DNA of 64,000 nucleotides from Mobula birostris. Lineage: Eukaryota. Both the position numbers and the translations under genes were made by a program. Under the pieces are notes generated by a model. It ran no database searches. It was not told the DNA's origin and saw only the letters and a program-made list of their open reading frames with translations. The DNA is taken from the NCBI RefSeq assembly GCF_030028105.1, contig NC_092389.1:16355180-16419179 (forward strand). Reading direction: 5' to 3'. Below, one piece after another: positions 1-13,000 of this stretch (the stretch's first letter is position 1; every line of letters begins with the position of its first letter).

Positions 1-2065
1 CCGGATAGCTATAGATAAGGAAAGGTATGGTCCTTATGGGAGAGTTTTAAATTGGAGTAGGGCAAATTTTGAGAGCATTAGGCAGGAACTAAGAAGATTT
101 AATTGGGAACACCTTTTTTCTGGCAGGTCCACATCAGACATGTGGAGGGTATTTAAAGATCAATTGCACAGAGCACAGGAAAAATATGTTCCTGTTAGAA
201 GGAAGGACAGGAATGGAAAGATAAGAGAACCTTGGATGTTCAGAGGTGAATTTGGTCAAGAAGGAAAAAGAAAAGTATGTAAGCTTTGGAAGTTAGGATC
301 AAACGAAACACGAGAAGTACAAAGAAGCCAGAAAAGAAATAAAGAGGAAATTAGGAAACCCTGGAGAGGTCATGAAAAGTCCTTGGCAAGTAGGATTAAG
401 ATGAATTCCAAGGCATTCTATGCGTCCTTCAAGAGCAAGAGGGCAACTAGGGAGGGTGTAGGACCACTCGAAGATAAAGGGGGGAACTTTTGCTTGGATG
501 CAGAGAATGCAAGTGAGGTACTTAAGTGAGTACCTTACTTCAGTACTTACCAACAAAAAGGATATAGAGGACCAGGAGATCAGTGCTGAGAGTACGTTTG
601 TATAAATATATTAGGGTATTTAGAGGTCAAGGAGGAGGAAGTGTTGAACCTCTCAATGAGTATTAAGGTGGATAGGTCCCCAGGGCTTGATGAAATTTAA
701 CCCAGGTTATTGAAGGAGGCAAGAGACGGGATTGCTGGAACCTTGACCAGTATCTTCATGATTTCTCTTGGCACAGGCAAGGTCCTGGAGGACTGGCAAG
801 TGGCTAATGTTGTACTTCTATTTAAGAAAGTAACAAGGGAAAATCCTGGGAACTATAGACTGGTGAGGCTCACATCAGTTGTAGGGAAATTGCTAGAGAA
901 AATTCTTAGGGATATGAGCATTTGGAAATCCGTGGCCTAATTAGGGAGCACCAGCATGGCTTTGTGAGTGGCAGGTTATGCCTTACCAACTTGATTGAGT
1001 TTTTTGATAAGATTGAGAGATTTTTGAGAGATTGATGAGGGTAGGGCAGCGGATGTTGTCTACATGGACTTTAGTAAGGCATTTGGCAAAGTTCCTCATT
1101 GGAGGGTAATCCAGAAGATTAAGATGCGTGGGGGTCCATGGCAAACTGGCTTGCACATGGAAAGCAGAGAGTAGTGGCTGAAGGGACTTATTCAAGATGG
1201 AGGCACATAATTAGTGGTGTTCTATGCTGTTTGTGATGTATATAAATGACCCGGATGAAAATGTAGAGGAGTGGGTTCGTAAATTTGCGGATGATACTGA
1301 GATTGATGGAGTTGTGGATAGTGTAGAAGACCGGCAAAGAATACAGCGCGATATAGGTCAGTTGCAGATATGGGCAGATAGAACTTAACCCAGATAAATG
1401 GACAAGATCCTTAACAATGTTGCTGAGTGGAGAGATCTTGGGATCCAAGTTCATAGCTCCTTGAAAGCAACTTCACAGGTCGATAAGGTGGTTAGAAGGC
1501 TTATGGAATGACTGCTTTTATTAGCTGACGCATTGAGTTCAAGTCATGAGGTTATGTTGCAACTTTATGAAACTCTGGTGAGGCCACATCTGGAGTACTG
1601 CGTACAGTTCTGGTCACCCCACTATAGGAAGGATGTTGAGGATTTGGAGAGGGTGCAGAAGAGGGTTACCAGGATGCTGCCGGGTTTAGCGGGCATGTGA
1701 TATCATGAGAGGCTGGATAAACCTGAGCCGTTTTCTCTGGAGCACCGAAGGTTGAGGGTGAGATCTGATAGAGGTTTATAAGATTATGAAAGACAGAGAC
1801 AGATCACATCTGTTTCCCAGAGTAGAAATGTCTAATAGGGGGTATGCATTGAAGGTCGGCAGTACTTTCAAAGGGGGATGTGAGGGTCAAGTTTTTTTTT
1901 AAACTCAGAGAGTGGTGGATGTTTGAAATATGCTGTTCAGAATTTGGTGTAGATCACCGCTATATTGGGGAAACTAGGCATATATTGTATGACTGGTGTG
2001 GTAGGCTAATAAATTGGCACAACAGTATGGACCAAGGGGCCTGCACTGTAATGTTCTTTTGTACT
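1..2065 (+). mobile_element. CR1-like LINE, degenerate ORF2 (RT) to 3' end; continues past window start
   Basis: Frameshifted EDWQVANVVLLFKK...[33 protein letters not shown] and RPHLEYCVQFWSP motifs. Confidence 0.9.
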
Positions 2066-3399
2066 CTCAAAGCATCCCCTAGATTCTAGTCACCTATCAC
2101 TTTAATTTTCCATCCCAAACTGATTCAAGCTGATGTGGTCACCTGCAACTTTTTCCAACAAGTCTCAATGCAAGGTTAAAGACAAGCAACTAATTAATAC
2201 CCAAATGATATAATTTTGATTTTGATTTTTACTACCCACTTTCAGCCAACACCCCCACTTAGGTCATTCCAATCACTGCTGGCCTTCACCCTACAAGACT
2301 TCCCATTCTCCCAACCCTTCCCAAACCCTATAACTAGTAGAATACTAGTTACTAACTGCAGATGCTAACTTTTCCTTGGTTCTAAAATGTCCACTGTCTT
2401 TTCAATCTGATGCCACCTGACCCAATTTCCAACATAGCTTTGAGCTCAGATTCCAGCACCTGTAACATTTCACTTTATTGTAAAGAAGGTATTTTAATCT
2501 GCAGCACTGTATCATAACTTGTGTGAAGAGAAGCATTCTTGTGCATTTAACGTGCAGGACTAATTCTGCTTTATGCTGGTTAAATATCCAGGCATGACAG
2601 CCAGCTGTAAAATGATTTTATATGAAAGCAACATCTCTCTCCACCAAACCTGAAAGAGATATAAATTTTGAAATATTGCATTTACCAGGAAGCCTTTACT
2701 GCCTCAAGCCACACAGCTGCTTCCACTTGATCTCAAGTGAATAGATAGTACCTAGAAGATGCTATGCTTAACATTTTATCCACCATAACACTGAACTGCT
2801 AAAGGAATTAAAAGCAAAGGCTTTATACTACAAATAGACAGATTGAAAATTTTAACCACTATTTGACTAATTGGTTTAATTCACCAGCTTGTCTTATAAA
2901 AAATGCAGTGTTAAATCTACATAAACAACAGGGATCAGAAAGCTACAATGGGTGACATTTAAATCTGGAGCAATATTAAAATGAAAAAGTGAATGTGAAC
3001 AATTTCATGGACTGTTTTAACTGTCTGAATAATCAGTCAACTCCTGGACTGCTCTAATGGATTAAAATTCATACAATTTTAACACTAGTAAGAGATGTAG
3101 CTTTGGGGAATGGGATAAGAAATAATGCATGTCCATTAAGGCTACAAACAAGAACTTTCATTATTTAGGACATGATGCATTCTTAACAATTAACATGTAG
3201 CTGAGGATTCAGAGTAACACCAGGATTCAGATGCAGATCACCTTTCCTCTCATTTTCAAAAAGCAAACTAAAATAATCTGTAAAGGTCAGCTTTTATGTC
3301 ATATGTACATCAAAGCATACAGGTTGCAGAAACAACCAGTCTGAGTATGTGCCGGGAGCAGCCCAGATTCACAACATTTCCAGTCCACAACTAACTAAC

Positions 3400-3555
3400 T
3401 CTCACCCGTACACCTTTGGAATGTAAGAGGAAACAGTAGCACCCCACAGAAACCCACATGGTTGTGGGGAGAATGTATGAACTCCATACAGAGGCAGGAA
3501 TTGAACCTTTGTCACTGGTACTGTAAGTGTTATGTTAACCAGTACACTACCATGT
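3400..3555 (-). mobile_element. tRNA-derived V-SINE/HE1-like SINE
   Basis: Reverse strand has a tRNA-like head followed by ...TTCTCCCC...GTGGGTTTCT...GGGTGCT...GTTTCCTC...CATTCCAAAG core. Confidence 0.6.
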
Positions 3556-4084
3556 TTGCAAAGAAGGTCAAATGACTCTGATCCTACTGATCCATTTAAA
3601 ACACCAGCCAGCTTTTGATTGATGATTGGCATTTACGGTAGAGGAAAACCAAGCACTTGTCACAGGACCAGTTGACAATTTTGCAACTCAAAGATTTACA
3701 TTTAACAAATTGACTATCTGCAAGTGTTATTTTTAAATGACTACCTAAAAAGTTGTACAAACAGCATTTTAATTAAAACCATGCTGCAAACCTGATCCAG
3801 TCTCAACTTGTCCATAATTGTACACAAATGCAAACTACAGCAATTTTGTTATTCCTGAAAAACTGGCTACAAGCAAAACAGTGGTCAGAAGTTTTGTTTA
3901 ATTACCGGACTCAAGCTACAGCCTGTATAGTCTGATCCAATATAATATTTCTCAAAGAACCTGTATCCACATTTGAAATACTTCCAAGAGCAGGTGCTTT
4001 CAGTCCTTAAATGGCTGATATGCCAGCAGATTGTCTACTCTGAATTTACTGTTTTCCCCACTTTTAAGAAATTGAGCACCAAGA

Positions 4085-4425
4085 CGATAAAATCTGTCGA
4101 TGCTGGAAATCCAGACAAAACACACAAAATGCTGGAGGAACTTAGCAAGTCAGGCAGCATCTACGAAAATCAATAAACAGCGGATGTTTCAGGCCAAGAG
4201 CCTTCATTAGGACTGGAAAAAAAAAAGGATGAGAGGTTAGAGAAAGAAGGTGGGAGAGGTGAGGTAGTACAAAGTGGTTGGTGATAGGTGAGACCAAGAG
4301 AAGGGGAGGGGTAAAATAAAGAGCTCAGAAGGCAATTGGTGAAAGAGATAAAGAGCTGGAGAAGGGGAATCTGATAGGCCAGTATTAGAAGACTATATAA
4401 AAAAAAGGGAGGATGGGCAGGCAAG
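4085..4425 (-). mobile_element. Penelope-like terminal fragment with decayed hammerhead
   Basis: Related to the termini at 34740-35018 and 44200-44500; core mutated to CTAATGA. Confidence 0.7.
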
Positions 4426-7026
4426 GAGAAATTGACTCCACACTACTCCTTTCAAGTCTATGCATCCTTTCCACAATGGATCTGCAGATCAGTACAGATT
4501 TAGCACAGGCTTGCATGGTTATAACACTCATTTCAGCAGCTACAGGACAATAGTCCAGTACATATTTAGCTATGTATCCATAAATGTAACTGGATGTTGC
4601 AGTTACTGACTATGCACCATTTTAAAGAAAACTGTCTACTTTTGAGCCAAATGTGGTTGGATAATGCACTGAAATTCACATACTACAGTTGTCCATCCAC
4701 ATCTGAAATTCTATACCCCTCTGTACGACTTCACCATCCACAAATTGATTTGATAAATTTAGTATTTAATTATGAATTTATACTACTGAAAATGGTGAAC
4801 CGGATAATGCAACCCCCTTGAAACAAGTTTTCTGTAAAACCTTATTCCCCACATACTAAACTTCAACTATCTGTTCAGCCCAAAAGCTTATTTGAAATTT
4901 ACACTAATGGCTCGTGAGATAACAAATTGAAACAGTAAAAAGATTTTGAATATACCTTTATCTGGTATATTAACAATGGCAATTGACATTACTACATATT
5001 GTCAAGTGTAAAAAGATATACCAAAGTTCCAGAACTAAATTTCAGACAACAAAACATTCTAAATATTGCACATTTAAAATGAGAAAATAAAAGTGTACAA
5101 CAGGTAACTCATTTTAAACAGGTACAAGTTTTTAGTAGTTAAGAAAAATTCTTGGTTCTTATTCCAGTCTCTTCCATAGGTCAGCAACGCACATCAATGA
5201 AGACAAAAAAATAGAACAATTAAATATGCATATTTTTTGTTTTTTTTTTACAAAAACATTGGTTTAAGGGTAAAACAGCCAACACTTTACTGGCAACATT
5301 TCTAGTCCTTTGGAAAAATCACATGTTCTGTATTTTCTCCTCTCCCAAAAAGAGACATTAAATTTTTTCAAAAGAATTGCTTCATTTAAGTTATAAAAGA
5401 TTTTATGACACCAAAAATACAAATTTGTTCATATGCAGCTAAAAATTGGTACAAAACAAATTTTATAGTTAGGAGAGCTCAGTTTTAGAGAAAAAAAAAC
5501 TCAAAACATGTAACTAGATAGTGTTTAAAATTCTCAAATAGGAAATATGCCTAGTAATTATTAATTTACCTGCACACGTTCCTACTCTAAACATCTACTT
5601 TTCAAGGTAGTAAAGGGCGATTAAACAGCCCCCATTTAACTCAACACATATTGGAAAATTAAGCAACTTGGAAGGAAAACAGAAACAACAATCCAAGAGC
5701 AGGGGTCATTCCATTGCCCTGTTTAAGTATGGGAACCAATGTCACTCAGTAACTACGTGATGTTAAATACCAAGTTTTGAAACAGGACGAGTCAAATTTA
5801 GCTGTTACTTGTCTCCCACGTTCGAGACTCTATTTAGGAACAAGCTACCTGCCAATGTAAAACAACTGACAAGTCAAACTTGTTTAAATTTAAATTGTTT
5901 AAACTTGTTTACAAGTCTTCACTTGTTGATCCTTAAATAATTAGGTTGTTCACACTCAAGAGTTGATCCTTTAAAATAAGATCCTTCTCAGCCAAATACG
6001 CAGATGTTTTTTTCTTAATTTACATTTTGAAATTTTTTTTTCCCCAGAATGACAGCATGTTAGGTTCTAATCCATCAAGTATTGGTCATGGTACTGTGAA
6101 CAAACCTTCTGAAATTAGTAAGTTAATAATACAGTGGAACTCAATTCATATGGCTGAAAGCTCGTATGTGCACTACAAGCAATCAAAAGTTTTTCTTAAA
6201 ATAGCTGTTCCCAACCTGAGGTCCACAGACTCCATGGTTAACAGTAGGGAGCCACGGCTTAACAAAACATCATACTTGTTTTTAAAAAAAAAGCTGGGAC
6301 CCCCCCCCCCCATTTTAAAATAATACCCACACATTGGAAGAAAAGTGACCTCCTGAGTGACAGGAGACCAGATGAGCACCTGATTCATTCAAGTTTCTCA
6401 ACTGGACACTGCTACTCATTTAATTAGAGGTTGATCATTGCCCTCAAGAAATATTAGAAGGTAAAGTGGAAGAGCACAATATTGATTTATACAATCAATA
6501 TAAAAATAGTGCTATTCTTTACAGTTGTACTAAAACTACTGCATTTGCAACACTATCAAGTTTCTAATCACATGCAATATCAGCAAGATACAAATTATAC
6601 AGAAGTTATTTGCTGTTGTACATAGTTTCTTTAAAAAAAAATGGAAATTTGGAAATCCCATTAGGGACATATCAAGCACTGCCTGATGAGAGTGGGAATT
6701 AGACAATTTCTTACACAATTCCTTCCCTCTCATCAGAAAAAAAAAGCATTGAACATGGGAAACTTACAAGTACTACTGAGGCAAAGACGGGCACTAATGG
6801 AAAATGGGTATTAATATAAATAAAGGAACTTAATTATATGAACATCACAGGGTAATGACTAATATAGACAAAAACTCATTTTAACTTTTGTACAGGCATC
6901 ACAATTTGCACATGAAAAATATTTTTTTTTCTTTAAAACAGTTTTGTCAAATTCTAATCTTCAGGGGGGTGGGGGGGGAAGAAATGAATCAAGTTAACTA
7001 TCACAATCCAACACAATGCCAGTTTA

Positions 7027-10000
7027 TTACCAATTGCTTCGACGTCTTACACCTCTGGGGTACTCTCTCTTAGCCTTGTACTCATGCTCCCAATTTCTGC
7101 TGTGATGAGAGGTTTGGTCTTGTTGGTAGTCAGACTCACGGTTTCCCCTGTAGTGCCAGTCTGGACTATGATCCTGGAAGCAAGCATCTCGGCTGTAATG
7201 ACCGTTGTCTGACTGATACGAACTATATGATTGTTGCCTTTGTGTGCCAGATGGCTTTTCTGAATGCCTCATAGTATGCAAACTTGCACTGGACGACCAT
7301 GGCTGCGCAGAGTTGCCAAAATTCTGAGATGACATTTGCAGGTGAGAAGGCGTTCCTCGACTTGGTGGTTGCAGTGTGGAACGGCTGTTGGCGCTGGGGT
7401 GTTGCAATGGAGGATTGTAATTCTGCTGCCCTCCCCTTGCATGCTCCCGCCACATATTGCTTACCTGAAAGCAAAATCAAAACAGTTTAAGGTATGCAAC
7501 ATCCAAAATTAAGAGACAATAAAGCAGATCTTCAACCAATCTAAAGGAATTGAAATCCATTCCACTGACAGGTGAACTGACAAGACATTTAATCTAAATG
7601 GAATAAAAAGCAAGAGAGAAATCAAGTTTTCTTATCACCAAATAGTAACGTGCTTAAAGACAAAAGAACAATGAATTCAAACTTAAAATCCAAAGGAAAC
7701 TGATATCAAAAGCAAAATCCAACACTCGAGGAAAAGCAGCAATGAAGTTAACTGGGTAAAACCAAGACACAAACGAAGAGGAAAAAAAAAGTCTTGTCAC
7801 AACATGATTCCAAATACAGAATCCCGGCAAAATAGGGGGTAAAAGAACTATCCCAATTTCTGCATACATCGATGAAGTTAATTCATTACTTACCGGGCAG
7901 AAGCAGCAAATGACAACACTGGTTACATATGTCATCAGAATCATTAAATTAAAATGAAATTACTCTTGCATCTCAGTCATAGCAGGGCCAATAAAAACCA
8001 TTTATCCTGCTCACAAAACTGATTACACCCTATCCCCGTTATATGCATCTTCAGACTATGCAGATTCAGTTATGCGATGAACCTATTTCTACCAACGTCT
8101 CATTATATGCGTCCAAAATACACAGTTATGCGAGGAGTACTGCTTTCTCGCCAATACAAGTCAGGTGCGTGTGCCTCACAATTTCACTCCCGCCACTCTC
8201 ACATTGGTTTTGACAAGGTGTGGATGCGCGATCTTAGACTTTTGTTGGTTTTACCTACGGTGCAGTGATTTTGTGCTTGAAATATTTAACTATGCCTCCT
8301 AAGCGTCCGATGTCATGTCTTGGGCCATCAACCAAGCGGCAGAGAACCGCTTTAACACTAGAGAAAAAGTTGGAAATTATAAACAGCGCGGCATCAGCTG
8401 AAGGTAACACAGCTCTGGGACGTTACTGCCGGGAGCAGAATCTTGCCTTTAAAGTTCTTTTGTTGCTTGACAATGCGCCAGCCCATCCTAAACATTTGGA
8501 CACCATTCATCCTAACATAACAGTGCGTTTCCTGCCGTCTAACACAACATCGCTGATTCAACCACTCAACCGGTGTGATCCACATTAAAGGCGTACTTTT
8601 TTTTTTAAACGGCGAACTATCTCTCAGATGCTGCAAGCAACAGACGATTTTGAAAATCCCAGGAGTTTACCAACGGTGAGGGAATGGTGGAAGTTGGAAC
8701 ACTTGGCACAAATGGAGATGGACATGGACCCAAGTTTAGAACGGAGTCAGCATTTCAGTCACTCCCTGCCGTCAACCGTTCTTCCCTACAAGCAAATTTA
8801 TGCTGAAAAACAAAATGCTGCCAAGCAAACAACCCTCACCACTTTATTCAAATTGCTGTAATCTTCTGCTGCCAGCAGTTCTAAGAGTTCTGTGAGTCTT
8901 CCTTCACCCCCTGCCGTGCTTGATATGATCCTGACGACCACAACCATCCACCTTATCCGTGTAAAACTGCCCAACACCACAACGACCACTCATCTCCCGG
9001 AGCGAACACACCTGCCATTGTTGTTGAGTACTGTACACCACAGGATGTTAACTTTCTATGATTTATTACATTGATTACCTTAAATTAATTAAATACAATA
9101 CAAATGTTGTCTAGTAGTACTGCTTTTGTGTCGTATTGGTACGAAAATGTGAATAAATTACAGATCAATAATTATTCACATTATGCAATTTCACATTATG
9201 CATCAACTTCGAGGAATGTATCCCTCGCATATAACGAGGATAGGGTGTATTATTAAAAGATCTTTTATCATATAAAAGAGGTTTTATCTCCCACTTGCAA
9301 CCACTTTAAATATCTTTTCCCAAACTTTTCTATTTCAAATAGCAACCCAAATAAGGAACACAAATATTTGGTATTAACATATTATTCTCATGTACTGAGA
9401 TACTGTGAAAAGTTATTGTTTTGCATGCCATCCAGATGCACACAGAAGAGCATTAAGGTGGTATCATGATAGTAAAACAAAACATGGAAATCTACAACAC
9501 ATTACAAGCCACACACATCAAAGTTGCTGGTGAACGCAGCAGACCAGGCAGCATCTCTAGGAAGAGGTACAGTCGATGTTTCAGGCCGAGACCCTTCCTC
9601 AGGACTGACACATTATAAGCCATTCGGCCCACAATATTGTGCTGACCATGTAACCTACTCTAGAAACTGACTAGAATTTCCCTACTGCATAGCCCTCTAT
9701 TTTTCTCAGCTTCATGTACCTATCTAAGAGTCTCTTAAAAGACCCCATTGTATCTGCCTCTACCACCATCGCATTCCACGCACCCACCACTCTCCGTGTG
9801 AAAAAACTTACCTCTGATATCCCCCTTGTACCTACTTCCAAGTACCTTAAAACTATGCCCCCTTGTGTCAACCATTTCAGTCCTGGGAAAAGCCTCTGAC
9901 TATCCACACGATCAATGCCTCTCATCATCTTATACACCTCTATCAGGTCACCTCTCAGCCTTTTCTCCTTGGAGTGATGGAGGATAAGTTCACTCAACCT

Positions 10001-13000
10001 ATTCTCATAAGGCATGCTCCCCAATCCAGGCAGTATCCTTGTAAATCTCCTCTGCACTCTCTATAGTATTCACATCCTTCCTATAGTGAGGTTACTAGAA
10101 CTGAGCACAGTACTCCAAGTGGGATCAAACCAAGGTCTTATATAGTTTTAACATTACCTCACAGCTCTAGAACTCAGCCCCATGGTTGATGAAGGCCATC
10201 ACACACCATACTCCTTATCAACACTGTCAACCTGCGTGGCAGCTTCAACTGTCCTATGGACATGAACCCCAAGATCTCACTGATCCTCCGCACTGCCAAG
10301 AGTCTTACCATTGATATTATATTCTGTCTTCAAATATGACCTACCAAAATGACCTGATAGAGGTGTACAAGCCGATGACAGGCATTGATCGTGTGGACAG
10401 TCAGAGGCTTTTTCCCAGGGCTGAAATGGCTAGCATGAGAGGGCACAGTTTTAAGGTGCTTGGAAGTAGGTACAGAGGAGATGTCAGTGGCAAGTTTTTA
10501 AAAAACAACACGCAGGGAGTGGTAAGTGCGTGGAATGGGCTGCCGGTGACAGTGGTGGAGGGGGAAATGATAGGGTCTTTTAAGAGACTCCGGGATAGGT
10601 AAATGAAGCTCAGAAAAATAGAGGGCTATGGGTAACCCTAGGTACTCTCTCAGGTAAGGACATGGTTGGCACAGCTTTGTGGGCCGAAGGGCCTGTATTG
10701 TGCTGTAGGTTTTCTATGTTTCTATGTAAAATGTACCACCTCACACTCATCTAGGTTGAACTCCATCTGCCACTTTTCAACCCAGTTCTGCAACCTATTG
10801 ATGTCCCACTATAACCTCTGACAACCCTTCAGACCATCCAGAACACCCCCAACTTTTGTGTCATCAGCAAGCTTACTAACCCACCCTTCTACTTTCTCAA
10901 ACAACAGGAATTCTGCAGATGCTGGAAATTCAAGCAACACACATCAAAGTTGCTGGTGAACGCAGCAGGCCAGGCAGCATCTGTAGGAAGAGGTGCAGTC
11001 AACGTTTCAGGCCGAGACCCTTCGTCAGAACTAACTGAAGGAAGAGTCTACTTCCTCATCCAGGTTAGTTAATAAAAAGATTTTTATCAGAGAGGACAGT
11101 GTAAATAAAGAATAGAAATGGGTCTGGAAGACAATAGGAAGAAAACTTAAATAGTGGGAAAACTGAACCAAGATCAACCAAAATATTGAGAGGCAGTAAC
11201 ACATCTAACAATCCATTCAAATCAACTCCATTTTAGAAAATGAAAGGTATAATACCCCAAATCAGAGGACATGTCCTGGGCCCAGCATGCAAGTGCAATT
11301 ACGGCAGTGCCTTTAACTCCTGATAAGTTTGCGGAGATTTAGCATGACACCTAAAACTTTGATAAACTTCTATAGACGTGTGGTGGAGAGTATACTGACT
11401 GCCAGCATCATGACCTGGTGTGGAAACACCAATGGCCTTGAATGGAAAATTCTGCAAAAATGAAGTGGATACAGCCCAATCCATCATGGGTAAAGCCCTC
11501 CTCACCATTGAGCACATCTACATGAAACGCTGTTGTAGGAAAACTGCATCCATCATTAGGGATCCCCACCACCCAGGTCATGCACTCTTCTCACTGCTGC
11601 CACCAAGGGGAAGAAACAAGAACCTCAGGACTCACACCACCAGGTTTAGGAAAAGTTATTACCCCTGAAAGATTAGGTTCTTGAACCAGAAGGGATAACT
11701 TTATTCAACTTCACTTGCCCCATCACTGTAATCTTCCCACAATCTATGAACTAACTTTCAAGGACTTTTCATCTCATGTTCTCGATATTTATTGTTTCTT
11801 TTTCTTCTTTCCTTTTGTATTTGCAATTTGGCGCCTGGTGCAGTCTTTCATTAATTCTATTATAGCTATTGGATTTACTGAGCACGTCCGTAAGACAATG
11901 AATCTCAGGGCTGTATATTGTGACTTAGATGATGTTGTAGTCATTCCTTTCCATGCCTTGTGGCACATTGGGCAGCGACTTTGCTGCTTCTTTAGCATTT
12001 GTTGTTTTTTTTAAGTATATAAATGAGGCCAAGTTGCTAACTCAACTCTCAACTCAGCACGGATGGAATGTGTGCAAGGTGCCGACTGGATTGGAACCCA
12101 GGACCACTCACTTCGAAGTCTGGTGTGGATGCCATGATACCACTGGCTGGCATGACTTATATGTACTTTGCTAATAAATTTACTTTGAACATTGAAAATA
12201 AAACTTAATGTAAATAGGGAGGTATTGAAATTAAATACTTCATAGCTTTGTATATTCCATGAAAACTGGTTCTATATACTATATCCCAGTGAAGCAGAGG
12301 CTAATTGCGGCAAATTTCCTTAATCATTTCCCTGCACTACGTTTCTTTCACACACCAGAGTCCAAAGTTAATTTATTATCAAAGCACATATACATCACCA
12401 TATACAACCCTGAGATTCATTCTCTGACAGGCATTCACAGTAGAACAAAGAAAATGCAATGGAATCAATGAGAAACTACACACAAATACTGACAAGCAAC
12501 CAATGTACAAAAAAAAAGACGAACTGCAAATTCAGTAATAATAATAATAAGTAAATAAGTAGACTAATAAATCTGAGAACAGGAGTTGAGAACATGAGAA
12601 GTTGCTTCTTCCTCATTGTTGCCAATGAGAGTTGTATCAAATGAACTTACGGTGGTGTGAGCGGTACTTGACATGTGTAGTGCCTGTAAGATGGTCAGAA
12701 ATGGATCAATTGCTGAATTGAGAGTCAGACAGGCTAATGTGAAAGGGGAGATGTACATAGGCCACAACAGGGTATACAGAAAATAGTGCTGGAATTACAA
12801 AGAAAGTGCAGCACAGATACAGAAATGGCCACAACAGGGATCTCAAGAGTTCGTATGAGGTCAGTTCAAAAGTCAGACAACCGTGGTATAGAAGCTGTCC
12901 GAGTTCGGTGGCATGTGTTCTCAAGCTTCTGTATCTTCTGGCCAATGGGAGGGATGAGAAAAGAGAATGGAATTGAAAGGGCCCTTGATTATCTTGGCTG

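Larger units (their letters stand above)
9490..11080 (-). mobile_element. Nested cluster: CR1 3' fragment (minus) interrupted by a plus-strand CR1 3' end (~10350-10726) and a Penelope terminus (~10899-11047), plus a Penelope piece at ~9510-9607
   Basis: ORF 9671-10057 ([11 protein letters not shown]...[11 protein letters not shown]); AAAATG duplicated around the inner CR1; TCTACTT(T/C)CTC duplicated around the Penelope piece. Confidence 0.8.

Noticed and set aside
12060-12150. tRNA gene
   Set aside because: tRNA-like head of a SINE with a body and TSD; no complete cloverleaf.
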